A stretch of DNA of 63,613 nt, filler included, from Octopus bimaculoides (taxonomy: Eukaryota), in the NCBI RefSeq assembly GCF_001194135.2. It is 4 parts of 3 records of this genome, joined end to end, with 100 filler letters (N's around TTAATTAATTAA, not from the genome) between each part and the next. Parts side by side here need not be neighbours in the genome. Positions count along the whole stretch, not along the records: positions 47,368 to 62,202 come from NC_068985.1; positions 62,303 to 63,613 come from NW_026371721.1; 2 more parts are not named here. One strand, 5' to 3'. The notes under the pieces are model-generated. The model saw only the letters and a program-made list of their open reading frames with translations. It made no database searches and was not told the DNA's origin. The position numbers and the translations under genes were made by a program. Positions 50,976 to 63,613 of this stretch are shown here, one piece after another; position 1 is the first letter of the stretch, and every line of letters starts with the position of its first letter.

Positions 50976-51175
50976 TGGAAGCGCAATGGCCCAGTGGTTA
51001 GGGCAATGGACTCGCGGTCGGGGTATCGCGGTTTCGATTCCCAGGCCAGGCGTTGTGTGTGTTTTTTTAGCAAAAACACTTAAAGCTCCACGAGGCTCTG
51101 GCAGGGGGTGGTGGTGACCCGTGTTGTACTATTTCGCTCCAACTTTCTCTCACTCTTTCTTCCTGTTTCTTGAGT
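50976..51175 (+). mobile_element. SINE family E, 3'-truncated, abutting the family D tail
   Basis: ggaagcgcaatggcccagtggttagggc...aaagctccacgaggctc...ctttctctcactctttcttcctgtttct. Confidence 0.85.
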
Positions 51176-51742
51176 AACAGTACACCGGCGACATGCATTT
51201 AAAACTTACAAAGAAAGTCGGTTGTATCACAAGGGAGGCTGAAATACGGAATGTCTACTCATTTTAACAGCAGAGAAAACGGTATAGAACGGAAGATAGG
51301 GTAAGAAACGAAGACAATCTGTTAATTGACATAAATGAAGCAGCGTCAATGGAATGAAGCAAAAGGATGAGTTTAAACACAATTAATAGGAGATCATTAA
51401 AGAATTGAAGACAGAGATCACAGGGGAAGGCTTAAATATGGAGATAATTGTCTAAATGATGAAAAGCTGACTGAAGTACAAGGTGACGAATATCTATCTC
51501 AATTCTGAATTGTAATCAATCATATACGATTTGATTTATTTTCATTTCACAGATGTTTAACTGGCCATTCTTGGCCAGAATGAAGAATTACAAGCAGTGA
51601 TATATTCCACCTTGCTGTAATTTGAATTGATTAAATATCTGTTTGGTTTACTGTAGTCTGCAGAGGTGCAAGAGGTTTAACGCTGCGTCAAGCAGGTAAT
51701 AAAGGCAGTGAAAACTATAAGTAGTTATATGGAAGAAGGTAG

Positions 51743-51945
51743 GAAGTCGGCGAGCTGGCAGAATCGTTATTTCGGCAGAAACGGTATTTCGTCTGCCACT
51801 TCGTTGAGTTCAAACTCCGCCGAAGATCGACTCTGCCGTTCATGCGTTTCAGAGTTCGGTAAATTAAGTTCCAGAGAAACACTTGGATCGAGTTGATCGA
51901 CTAGTCCCCCTCCCCAAAATTTCAAACTTTGTGCCTGTATGAGAA
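51743..51945 (+). mobile_element. SINE family C
   Basis: gtcggcgagctggcagaatcgtt...gagttcaaactccgccgaag...ccctccccaaaatttcaaactttgtgcc. Confidence 0.8.
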
Positions 51946-52283
51946 AGGATGTAGAAGAAGGTAGGACTGAAAAGAGAAAATAAAACGATGAGAGAGATGA
52001 TGCAGAAAGAATAGCGTAACACAAGTAAAGGAGCGACTGAGGAGGACATGTATTACGCTATTACGTTTACTGTACATAAATATGATTAGGATTCACAAAG
52101 AAATGCAGGAATAACTGTTTATAATATTTAGAGCTATAAATTTCTCTTCAAACATTTTTCTCCCTCGCTCAATTTCTGGGTAAATATGTCTCACACTCTA
52201 TTTCTCGCTCTTTCTTTCTCCTTCACTTTTTCTCTCTCTGCCACACACGCACACGCACACCCGCACACACACACACGCACACC

Positions 52284-52321
<38 letters not shown>

Positions 52322-52695
52322 NNNNNNNNNNNNNNNNNNNNNNNNNNNNNNNNNNNNNNNNNNNNNNNNNNNNNNNNNNNNNNNNNNNNNNNNNNNNNNN
52401 NNNNNNNNNNNNNNNNNNNNNNNNNNNNNNNNNNNNNNNNNNNNNNNNNNNNNNNNNNNNNNNNNNNNNNNNNNNNNNNNNNNNNNNNNNNNNNNNNNNN
52501 NNNNNNNNNNNNNNNNNNNNNNNNNNNNNNNNNNNNNNNNNNNNNNNNNNNNNNNNNNNNNNNNNNNNNNNNNNNNNNNNNNNNNNNNNNNNNNNNNNNN
52601 NNNNNNNNNNNNNNNNNNNNNNNNNNNNNNTGTGACCGCGTGTGCATCGTTGGCGATTTACTTTCTCTGCCTTCCCTACTTTGGACTTTTCCTAT

Positions 52696-52730
52696 ATTTC
52701 TGATGAAGAGCTCCGCTCGAAACGTTAAAT
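52696..52730 (+). ncRNA. Minimal type I hammerhead ribozyme motif (family G)
   Basis: AUUU-CUGAUGA-A-GAGC-UCC-GCUC-GAA-ACGU-U-AAAU: stems I and II pair, palindromic stem III, GUU triplet, one extra A before stem II. Confidence 0.65.
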
Positions 52731-53992
52731 CCTCTTCCTTTTCGTTCCTTCACTCCCACCATGTGACTTGAAGTTTCGAAAATTTAAATGATATGGGGTT
52801 GAATCGTAACATTTTAAATAATAATATATGGAATTGCTTTAAACATTAATACATATAACTCCTGTGGGATGTTTTTCCACTCAGCCATTTATATATGTGC
52901 GTGCGTGCGTTCGTGTGTGTGTGCGTGCGTGCGTGCGTGTGTGTATGTGTGTGTGTGGAGATAGAGAGAGTGAAAGAGAGAAGGAGAAAGGTAGATGTAT
53001 GTGTGTTCGCGTGTGTGTGTGCGCGTGTATATTAGCAAGCGTGTATGTGTTAGCCCACGCGTATGTGTGTGCGCGTGTGTGTGTATAGTCAGCCACATCA
53101 TTTTGAAATGTTTCGATTACTTTTTTATCTGCTGTCATTTTCCTGATCAGTTTTCATAGACTAAAACAATTATCAAAGAAATTCTGCCATTCCCGTGGAG
53201 ACCAACTTGTTCATTGTATCTGTAATGGATGTCATTACCCATTGTTCCCATTCTTGTTTATCTTCTTCTTTCTTGCAGGGGCGTATATGGTTTAAGTTTC
53301 TGATGGTATTTGCATAGAATCAAATCACAGCCTCGAATATCCGTTGTTTGAATTCTTGTCATCATCGTCTTAGAAAGTACACGCATGATAAAATGGACAT
53401 ACTCACAAAAGTTTATTGTCAATGCTTTTAGTTTCAACTTTGACCATAAAAAATATTTTAGCTAGGTGTTAGCGGACATTCCATTCTAATATCTTTTATG
53501 GTAGTGGTGTTATATAGTTCGTTTCGCAGTGATAAGTTAATGTTTATTTTAACCCCTAGGTTGAAGTGCAACTGAATTCTGCCCTGAAAAGAATCAGTCC
53601 AAGCTTTATGAATGAAGTTTGTTGGATCACGAAATCTCTGTCTATGCATGCTGATTTGTATATTTTCTTCGATTGCAAGTATGTTCTGCTGACCTGTTTC
53701 ACATAGTAGCTTGACAGTTTCATGTCTTTAATTAAGTTTTTGGAAGCATTTGGAAAAGGTTGCACATCTCAATATTACGTCACGTCCGTTGAGGCAATTT
53801 CTTGTTGAAGAACACTTCCACTGCGAGGTAATATTTAATCCCCACTTTAACTGGATAATCCGTTGAAAAAAATATATTTCTGTAGATACATGAGAGAAAC
53901 TCCTATATGAGCTTTCGGCGCAAAATGCACAATTGTTTGTATCGCACGCACTTGTATGTATCACGCCATCTCCAGTGTGGAGACCCCTAGCT

Positions 53993-54084
<92 letters not shown>

Positions 54085-54449
54085 GTAAGTATATGTATGT
54101 ATGCCTGTATATATTTAAGATAATAGTTTCACTTTAATAGTTTCAGTATTAAAGTGAAAGTATTAAAGAGGAAATATCTGACATTACAATAGAGAGATGT
54201 TATTGTTTCACTTTTGACACGTGATACTGCAATATTGGAGATGTGATATTGCACTGGGTTTGCACTAGGGAAGAAGTTAAAATTTTGTTTGGCCTAAAAC
54301 ACTACCTGGACCCTAAGTAAGGCATGTGTAAAATTTTAATGAAACTGGTTGTATAGTTCTCAAGTTTTAGAGATTCACACAGACAGACAGCTAGACACAC
54401 ATTCTCATCTTTATATATAGAAAATAGTTTGTACACAGGAAAGATGGAA

Positions 54450-54985
54450 CTTCATTTGGAGGACAGTTGGCCCCATCAAATTTGGAACTCAGAACGTAAA
54501 GAACCACAGAAATTGCACAATGCATGTTCTTTCCTCCTTGTGATAGTAATTCTGAAAATCTACTTTGTTAATACCACTGGGCAGGTATTTATTTTGTGGC
54601 GTGGATAATCGATGACATGGACCTCATTACCCATCAAGTACTAATTTTATTGACACAGAAAAGAACAAAGACAAAGTCATCTGCGTCGGAATTTGAACTC
54701 AGAAGCTAGAAGAAATAACTGAGTTTTGGCCAGTATAGGCCCATGTTTTGTCTAACTTAATAACACTCCACGAAGAATTCTGTCGGGTCTGCTAACGATT
54801 CTGTCAGCTCGCCTCCTTACAACATATAAGTGATGGTATCAAATTTTGGTACAAGACCAGCAGTCTTTTAAGGGATGGATAGGTTGATTACATCGACTCC
54901 GGTATTTAACTGGTCATTACATTATCAACCCTGAAAGGATGAAAGCAAATTCGACCTCGGCAAAATTTGAACTCAGAACGCTTAG
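54450..54985 (-). mobile_element. Cluster of degenerate family C SINEs
   Basis: Repeated ggaatttgaactcagaa and aaggatgaaagc..tcgacctcggc segments. Confidence 0.65.
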
Positions 54986-55229
54986 ACAAACAAAATGTCT
55001 TACAGCTAGTAAATAATAGACTTAAAATACAACAAGTTATAAATATCTCGAGAAACATTACATTCTTCCAGCTTGAAATATCTGAAGGTAAAAAAAAATG
55101 TTATTTTTAAAGTGATTTAAATATTATTTTCACAGAGTTTCATGGCAAAAAAAAATTGTAATTGAAAATATGACAAGTTTTATACATTTATACGTCAGGT
55201 CAATCTCGTTTTTCTTCTCTCAGTAAAAT

Positions 55230-55723
55230 ATGCATGAGTTTATTTTGATTCTGTTATTGCATCTCTATTTGCCCTTATTTCTTTACAGACAACTGGTTTC
55301 TTCTTCTACACTTCACCCTAGTTATCGTTCGNNNNNNNNNNNNNNNNNNNNNNNNNNNNNNNNNNNNNNNNNNNNNNNNNNNNNNNNNNNNNNNNNNNNN
55401 NNNNNNNNNNNNNNNNNNNNNNNNNNNNNNNNNNNNNNNNNNNNNNNNNNNNNNNNNNNNNNNNNNNNNNNNNNNNNNNNNNNNNNNNNNNNNNNNNNNN
55501 NNNNNNNNNNNNNNTCGTTCATGCATGAGTTTATTTTGATTCTGTTATTGCATCTCTATTTGCCCTTATTTCTTTACAGACAACTGGTTTCTTCTTCTAC
55601 ACTTCACCCTAGTTATCGTTCATGCATGAGTTTATTTTGATTCTGTTATTGCATCTCTATTTGCCCTTATTTCTTTACAGACAACTGGTTTCTTCTTCTA
55701 CACTTCACCCTAGTTATCGTTCG
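55230..55723. repeat. Identical 101-bp tandem unit, three visible copies around a gap
   Basis: atgcatgagtttattttg...cctagttatcgttc begins at 55230, 55521 and 55622. Confidence 0.92.
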
Positions 55724-56290
55724 TATTCAGGTGATCTAAAAGACCGTAAAATTTAACTCCAAAACAGACATGCTACACGCTTTCCTCTACATTTCAGAAA
55801 AGATTACATCTCTCTCGGGATGTGACCGGTATCGTCGCATTAGCCAGGACCGTGGTGAATGAAAATGAGAACGCGTTACAAATTGCTTGAACACATTACA
55901 CATTGAAATGCCTTTAAATAGAGATAAATTTCATAACACATAGTGCCCATCTCAGATTACCGTACGGTTAAATTAATAAAAAATTGACCAAAAGAAATCA
56001 GGAGCAACCTTAGTGTCAGTGGTGGAATTTAGAAGGAAATGAATCTGTGGTTAATTATTTCATCTAGATAAATTTTGATATGTTTATGGTTTCATAATAA
56101 AGTCCGTCATTAAGTTGCTTCAAATTCGAATATGGACAGAATCACGTTAATGATAAGTTCTCCAACATGTTGTATGCCGTGCAGTTATTGCGTGAGGACA
56201 GAAATTCGACACAATACATGGTAACAACCACTTGTGACCAATTACTACATACATTTGAACGTTAGCGAATAACACGATTTTCAGTAAAAT

Positions 56291-56851
56291 AAATAACCTT
56301 TAGTAATATTTATTTGCTAACGTTACGTCGCAGTCCTGTAAAAGACGGTATTACGGTTGTTTTAGCCCTAGGAAAACAGATTTTCCAGCTGGCTAACGAC
56401 ACACCGTCGGTGTCCGTATACAGCATTTGCAAGGGAGTTCATCGCTCCCATCAATAGCCTTACGGGTTATCCGTCCCCATTGTGAGACAATCACCAGCTA
56501 GTAACGAACGTTATCTCCACTCGCACATACTATATAGTCATTAAGCGGCACACAGTCACTGATCTCGTATCGAGAAAAACGATATATGTTAAATCTCTGA
56601 GCGAGAGAAATACATCAACAGTAGCGGCCAGTAATGTTTATCTGCCAACATAACATGGAAGCCCAGTCAAGTACGATATTACTGTTATTTTAACCCCCAG
56701 AAAAAAACATCTTTTCCAACTGGCTAACGACACAGTCTCTGTCCGTATATAGCCATATCCAGCCTTACGTGATACTCACAGACCTAGGTTTCTAGTACTA
56801 TCCGGTACTCTTACTGTATATTTCTCACTCAGAGATTTAAAATAACCTTTA
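56291..56851 (-). mobile_element. Second retrozyme/pLTR-like element with ~330-bp internal period
   Basis: 56345-56424 repeats at 56673-56753; shares tttagccctagg and cactgatc...aaatctct..gag blocks with 48098-48508; half hammerhead at 56775-56810. Confidence 0.5.
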
Positions 56852-58693
56852 ATTAATAAAGAATAAAATAGCTTGAACCCGAAGAGGAGGCTAAACTATT
56901 GCATCTAGGAAATGATTCATAGTAAAGAAATGGAAGAAAAAACATGAATTCCGTGGCTGGATCGATAAGTTTCGCACTGTTTGATAAATCATATTCTTAA
57001 TCAGGGAATCATAGTATTGAACAGAAAATATTAAAATAAATCTTATTGTTAGTTATTAGCTTCTCTTAATGTCAGTCTGCCCTAGGCACCGCAATAGACG
57101 CAAATCGACGTGAGCTGTGATTAACCCCTCTTCTACAGCTCTTTAACAATGTGTGTTTTTCTGATATTTTAATATTCTGTTCTTTTCTTATTCCAAAATG
57201 TTTTGCGGTGTAATTTTCATGAGAGTATATCATTGACGTTATTGGTCTAGAACTTGTTTGCTAAGAAATTACACCTCATAGTCTATGGCAAAACTGAAAA
57301 ATTTAAAAACGGAATAATCATGGTAGATCTTCAGTACATATATATATATAGACTCTTTCCTTTCATTGTTTCCCGGCATTTTGTACTATTACGCGTCAAT
57401 ACGTTCTATCGAGCATAAATGGCCTGACTGTGACCAAAATCTTTATTTCCATCCCGAGTTATACTTCAAATTTATTATATTCTTAAGTTTCACTTGCGGA
57501 AAACTTTCAAGTAATCCTTACATATTTGAATTAACTGAAAGATATGTATTTATATTTATCCAACTCAACATGATGGCATGAAAGTAACGTTGACAGCTTA
57601 GAATATAATTTCACATACACACAGACACACCAGAGACACACACACGCACATATATATATGGGTGTGTGTGTCTGTGAGTGTGCGTGTCTGTGAGAGTGTG
57701 TGTGTATACATACACATGGTTCAAATGTACAGAAAACAAAACACATGTGTGTATGTAAATATATATGCGTGTGTACATATGTACATATATATGCAGCGTC
57801 CGCCCAAAGATATGTCTACACACTTCAGGACAGGAAAGCTTTCTATAAATATTTTTATTCAGTGTTATTTATTGAAATTTATTTTGAGGTATCGCAATTT
57901 TACGAAATATCTAAAGAGTTCTCTATATTTATAGAGGCATCTATACAAGTTAAATGTTTATACACATTTTTTCCCTTTCTGAAAGTGTATACATTTTGCG
58001 GGGTGAACCTGTATATATATANNNNNNNNNNNNNNNNNNNNNNNNNNNNNNNNNNNNNNNNNNNNNNNNNNNNNNNNNNNNNNNNNNNNNNNNNNNNNNN
58101 NNNNNNNNNNNNNNNNNNNNNNNNNNNNNNNNNNNNNNNNNNNNNNNNNNNNNNNNNNNNNNNNNNNNNNNNNNNNNNNNNNNNNNNNNNNNNNNNNNNN
58201 NNNNNNNNNNNNNNNNNNNNNNNNNNNNNNNNNNNNNNNNNNNNNNNNNNNNNNNNNNNNNNNNNNNNNNNNNNNNNNNNNNNNNNNNNNNNNNNNNNNN
58301 NNNNNNNNNNNNNNNNNNNNNNNNNNNNNNNNNNNNNNNNNNNNNNNNNNNNNNNNNNNNNNNNNNNNNNNNNNNNNNNNNNNNNNNNNNNNNNNNNNNN
58401 NNNNNNNNNNNNNNNNNNNNNNNNNNNNNNNNNNNNNNNNNNNNNNNNNNNNNNNNNNNNNNNNNNNNNNNNNNNNNNNNNNNNNNNNNNNNNNNNNNNN
58501 NNNNNNNNNNNNNNNNNNNNNNNNNNNNNNNNNNNNNNNNNNNNNNNNNNNNNNNNNNNTATATATATATGTATATCCCCGCAATTATGCACACACACAT
58601 ATATACGCACACACTCGCACACGCAACTATATATTTACACGTATACGCACATGTATATATATTTACATAGACACATACACACACACATATATG

Positions 58694-58731
<38 letters not shown>

Positions 58732-60171
58732 CATCTTTTGTTACTAAAAGGCATTGATTTGTATTAAGATTATATTCTTGTAGACTCATAATTTACCTGT
58801 TTAAATATGCACAAGTTTAATGTTTTATTTGTCTTTACATACACTCGTATTCTGTGGACTAACATATTATTCGCAAATATTTTCGATATCATTCACTACT
58901 CTTTCCACAAATGGATATTTTGACAGCGTTTTAATTAGAATCTAGCTCCTTATAAAATCTTCGAGAAAAATAACAAACAATAAAGCAGCATTTTCCACTT
59001 TAAAACCGAACACGAGACTGTATAGAGCTAATTTTTCCTAAAAAATTGTTAAAGATTTACTACACTTCATATCACAAATTCGTCCTCAAACGTTATGTAC
59101 TTGGGGATTCCGCCCTGATAGTAACCACTTTCACCAACACTAGTGTAAATCATCTGCACATTCGTACGCTCAGACACTAAACTATTGTTTCTAAATTAAT
59201 TTTCTATAATGGCCAGGAAGACTTTGTTGTATAATTATAAAATCAAACAGATGAATGTATACAATTACAATTGTTTGAACGAAGCTACATTAGATGTTTT
59301 TTTGTAGCATTTTATCGACTAACACGCTAATGTAGATAGTTGCACACAAGTCTTTACAAAATCCCCAAATTATATACTTGTTATAATTTAATGAAATATA
59401 TTGTTTATATCTGACATTATATATATTTAAATTCAATCGCAATCCTATTTAAACTCTCCTCAACGATATTGACTACAGTGAGAATAATACAATTATTTAG
59501 TACTCGATTACTTAAGCTATGAACATTGATTTTCTCGTAATACATTTATATTCATTTATAAATGATACTAACACCAAGATGTTAGATATCTTTCTAAACT
59601 GCGAAGCAATACCTCGATGCCAAACGGCTTCAATGTAGCCATATGAAATGTAATAAAGATCATAAAATGTATGCGATCTAGATGTGTCGGGATCAAAAAC
59701 CATCATCAGTTTATTTTCCTCAGGACAAGTACATAGATTACTCCATTGCAGATTATCTATTAGCAGACAGAATATATCATTTGAAGCATCAACTTAATCA
59801 GTATTATTGCTTAAATTTTGTTATGGAATGACACATGCCGATATTTTCTAAATATCATTTACAAACCATTTAGAAAAAAGCAGTTTGAATAAGCAAATTC
59901 CAGTTATCATATTGCGGTTATTTTTTTTTATCTATTTTCATAGCCAAAATAAATATTGACACAATATTTTTCAGCTAATGATGTTATTAAAAAATATTAT
60001 GCTTCATATTAAAGGGAGAAGTACACGTATGTATACGAGTTACATTTTTCCGAGAAATATTTCGGAAATAATTATGAAATATAAATCGAAACATTATAAC
60101 AAACTTGGAGACTAAGGAAAGTGTTTTTAGTTTCCATTTTTTATACATTTGTGTTGTCCTTTCTATTATAC

Positions 60172-60365
60172 GCACAGGGCCTGCAATTTTACTGGAGCGA
60201 ATAAGTTAATTTGAGCGACCCCTGTGCTCAGCTGGCCCTTGTTACACTGACTCCGAATTGATGAAGAGCTAAAACGAAATCTGCTGAATTAGAAATCAGA
60301 AGAAACTGGAAGAAATACCGCTAAGTATTGTTCATCACAACAACGATTCTGCCAGTTTGCCGCTT
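60172..60365 (-). mobile_element. SINE family C, degenerate
   Basis: gaaataccgctaagtatt...cgattctgccagtttgccgc. Confidence 0.65.
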
Positions 60366-61184
60366 ACTCCTTTGTATTATATCATCAAATTGTTTTCTAT
60401 CGATCCGTAATGCAAAATGTCGCTGTCAAATATCATAATATACTACGCACTTCAACTTCTTTAACTGTCATACATTTAGTTCGACTGTGTGGGCCTTATA
60501 TATATGAGAGTTTCACTTTTCTCCCATGAGGACATAATTTCTTTAAAAAATATTACATCAGGTCATTGATATCTTAATACTGGTGATTCTGGCTTTTCGC
60601 CAGTGCGACCTGTCAGAATAATCTGGAAAGAAACCAAGAAAAAAATCAGTTTGCTTTACAAGTACCTATTTACTTGTTGTAAGTTATAGCCACGAATTAT
60701 ACCATTGCAGAAGAGACTCAATTGACAAGTGGATAAGATAACGAAGACGTGTGTTTTTATTACAATGTGTGTAACTTCATTGTGTGGCTTGTTACCGAAA
60801 GATCGATACGTGCTACTTCATTCTTGCTGGTTTTTCAGTATTTCAAATGAATGCATATGGAAGTTGGTGTTAATACTTTTCTATCGGTGTAGTCGATTTT
60901 ATAAACTTCTGTAGTTCATTAATAGGTCAATTATCAAGCCAACAATATGAAACAGTTTTAGTCGATTCGAACATGAATTGAAATGGACATCCCACATAAT
61001 ATATCTGCAATTCTGGCAATTTGGGCATGTACCGGTTTAGCCTTCTAGAACGCAAATAGCAAACATACTGCGTATTAAAGCCTCCGTTGGAGGAACGGTT
61101 CAAATTTTAACATAAAATATTTTACATCTTGCGGAATCTGTATGCTTTATAATTTTATTCTGCATGATCCTTCATACATTAATG

Positions 61185-61288
<104 letters not shown>

Positions 61289-61377
61289 ATAAAGCTATAC
61301 TTTTGGAGAATAAAATGAGAATGTAACTAATATATATATAGTTATACATCAGATCAGGAAAGTTCTTAGCGATTTTT

Positions 61378-61940
61378 AGGTGCAAAAAAGTATAAACATT
61401 TTAAAACGTACAATCATCTTTATTTATTTAAGTAATTTCCATCGTTTCCTATGACCTTAGCTACCTAGCAAGCAATTTAAATATTCCATCGGCAGCATAA
61501 AATCCAGTTGTTTCTAAGAGAGAAAAAGTCATCTCAGTGAATTTTGACACCATCTAAATCATTAAATGATTTTCCGTTTAGAAAGTGCTGTAGAGACAGA
61601 AAGAAATGATAGTGAGATGCTGCAATGTTAGGGGAAGATGGTGGATGGTGCAAGGGATCCTACCCAATTTGATATAATATTGTGCGAGTAGCCAAAGACA
61701 AATGCAGTCAGGCATTGTCCGGGCGGGGAAAACAGAACTTCTTTCCTGTTGGAGAGTGCTGGACTCAATTTCTTGATCTTTTTTTATTCAAAATGGATAG
61801 CTGAAGGCGGTACACATTAGAATTGTGGGTCTGCTTTTGTTGGAGTAGCTCACAGTAAATGATAAATATGAAATCTCACCAAACACAAAACGACATTTCT
61901 TAATGAATATTCTGCTTTGGAAGGTCTTTGTCGTTACTAT
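61378..61940 (-). mobile_element. Old mariner transposase remnant
   Basis: Minus strand: an RKEFCFP.PDNA-like (H.DNA) motif, then LHHPPSSPNIAASHYHFFLSLQHFLNGKSF. Confidence 0.75.
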
Positions 61941-61944
61941 ATTA

Positions 61945-62146
61945 TCGCACGCAATCCACGTCTTGTTACTCCGCTCAAATCTATAAGTCTTTTACATTCT
62001 CTCTGTTTAGTTTATCTTATTCCTTTCTGTTGAAGAGGGTAGGCTCGAAACGTAAAAGACTTTACATTTTTGTCGAGTGTTAAACTTATGGAGTTGCTTT
62101 TATTTCATACACCTGTCCTCGTCTTTTGTTTTCCTTTAAATTTCAA

Positions 62147-62150
<4 letters not shown>
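61945..62150 (+). mobile_element. Family F element with hammerhead-like motif
   Basis: cttt CTGTTGA A GAGG GTAG GCTC GAAACGT A AAAG ac...acacctgtcctcgtcttttg. Confidence 0.75.
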
Positions 62151-62202
<52 letters not shown>

Positions 62203-62302
62203 NNNNNNNNNNNNNNNNNNNNNNNNNNNNNNNNNNNNNNNNNNNNTTAATTAATTAANNNNNNNNNNNNNNNNNNNNNNNNNNNNNNNNNNNNNNNNNN
62301 NN
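62203..62302. other. Scaffolding join: 44 N + TTAATTAATTAA + 44 N
   Basis: Spacer at 62247-62258. Confidence 0.95.
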
Positions 62303-62388
62303 GATTGGGGCCTGGTGCAGCCTCCTGGCTTCCCAGACCCCAGTCGAACCGTTCAACGCATGCCAGCATGGAAAACAGACATTAAACA
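62303..62388 (+). mobile_element. 3' end of a SINE/LINE-tail repeat
   Basis: gcctggtgcagcc..tggcttcccagacccc.gtcgaaccg..caac.catgccagcatggaaaac.gac.ttaaac; family recognised from memory only. Confidence 0.5.
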
Positions 62389-63567
62389 ATACATATACTC
62401 TGAAGATGAATTATTTGGATATGTAAATATCTTGAACAGCTAAAGGAATTTAAAAAACAACACCTTACCTGTCAACTATTTCCCCTTTGCGTTCTTTAGA
62501 CACCATTTCTAATAATGTAGTTCTTAGATGCTCTCGAATTATGGGATGCCGTACAACTTGGTCTCTGAATATCATTAAACCAAGATTGTACACATTGTCA
62601 ACATTATTCTGTTGTACATACACTCTGTCCTGCAAAAAGATTTTTAAAAATAGATTGAAATTAAAAACTTATAGAAAAAAATTATCAAAGATGATTCAGT
62701 ATTTTTTTTCTTTAATTTCATAAATTTGAAGGAATTTTGAGGTTGTACAATTATTGATGGGTTAAATATTGGGCGATAATCAAAGAAATGGAAGAGGGTA
62801 GCTATGTCTTTCTTCTCACTTTCATTATCTCTATCTAAATTCCTTCTTCACTTCCTTTGTTTCTTTTCTTATTCACATTTTATGGAGTTAGGTCTCTTTT
62901 GATATTTGAAGAGTCACTCATCTGAAACTGTCTCCTCAACCCTTTTGATACTAAACCATTTAAGACAGTCACTGGTTCTATGATACAAATTTCATTGATC
63001 TAAATCAAAACTTTCCATAAAAATTTCATATTAATTTATGTTTGAAACACAAGATTTATAATAAAAAAGTAATCTCATTAAATTCTTCACTATTTAAAAA
63101 ATTGTAGATAAAAAGAAAGACAATATATTTCAGCAGAAATACTGTAACAAACCTCACTATCTTTAGTTATTGTTATATACCTATTATAACTACAAGCTAC
63201 AATTTCATGGTTTGCAGACTCACACTCAATGTTGACCAACATTTTATTATCAGTGACATGCAACTTTTCACCCAAATGTGTAATTTGATAATCTCAAACA
63301 GAGGTAAAAAGACAACACATGACTTAGAATAAAGTTGAATAGTACCAGAATCCCTGATGCGTTAATGTTTGTCTCTAGTATATCTTCACTTTCAATAAGC
63401 AAAGACAAAATCAAAGATCACAACCTTTCTAATAGGGAGCAAAACATACCAACTACTGGTAAAGCTTGCTCTTTACTTACAGACAGTCCATCTAATGATC
63501 TTACAAATGGTTTCTATCAACCCAATTTCCCTTTCAACGATAACCATCCAGTAGATTTGTACTAATA

Positions 63568-63613
63568 ATACAAATAATTACAGAGGCATCAAGCTGTTAG
63601 ATCAGGTTATGAA
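63568..63613 (+). mobile_element. Start of an RTE LINE RT fragment (runs off window)
   Basis: TNNYRGIKLLDQVM matches the NYRGI.LL RT motif. Confidence 0.75.

Noticed and set aside
53405-53583. Minus-strand exon candidate with a good acceptor and a GTGAG donor
   Set aside because: Stops in all three frames, and it overlaps a ttttaacccctagg block shared with the 56 kb repeat family.
55230-55723. CRISPR-like or satellite interpretation of the tandem units
   Set aside because: Eukaryotic context, 101-bp contiguous units, no spacers, no cas genes.
63090-63565. ORFs 63090-63275 (-) and 63335-63565 (+) as a host gene such as a zinc-finger N-terminus
   Set aside because: No C2H2 or other motif present; resemblance too vague.

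Overview
AT-rich, repeat-dominated eukaryotic DNA from a gappy short-read assembly. The SINE families, LINE fragments and microsatellite load look like an Octopus (coleoid cephalopod) genome; this is inferred from remembered repeat consensuses, not a database search. No host protein-coding gene can be supported, and most listed ORFs are microsatellite or N-gap artefacts. The window holds tRNA-headed SINEs of several families, dead LINE fragments (RTE, CR1-like, RLE-type), a degenerate Penelope-like element (RT plus GIY-YIG), a head-to-tail Helitron pair with a Pif1 helicase remnant, mariner, DD37D-like and Tigger remnants, and several foldback elements. Three 100-bp gaps carry an artificial TTAATTAATTAA spacer, so adjacency across them is uncertain. 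The most interesting signal is a set of minimal type I hammerhead-ribozyme motifs in at least three short Penelope/retrozyme-like repeat families, one of which recurrently has U instead of A at core position 6 (CUGUUGA-type). An RTE LINE with twin-priming-style 5' inversion geometry is also notable. Coordinates were read by eye and may be off by a few bases.
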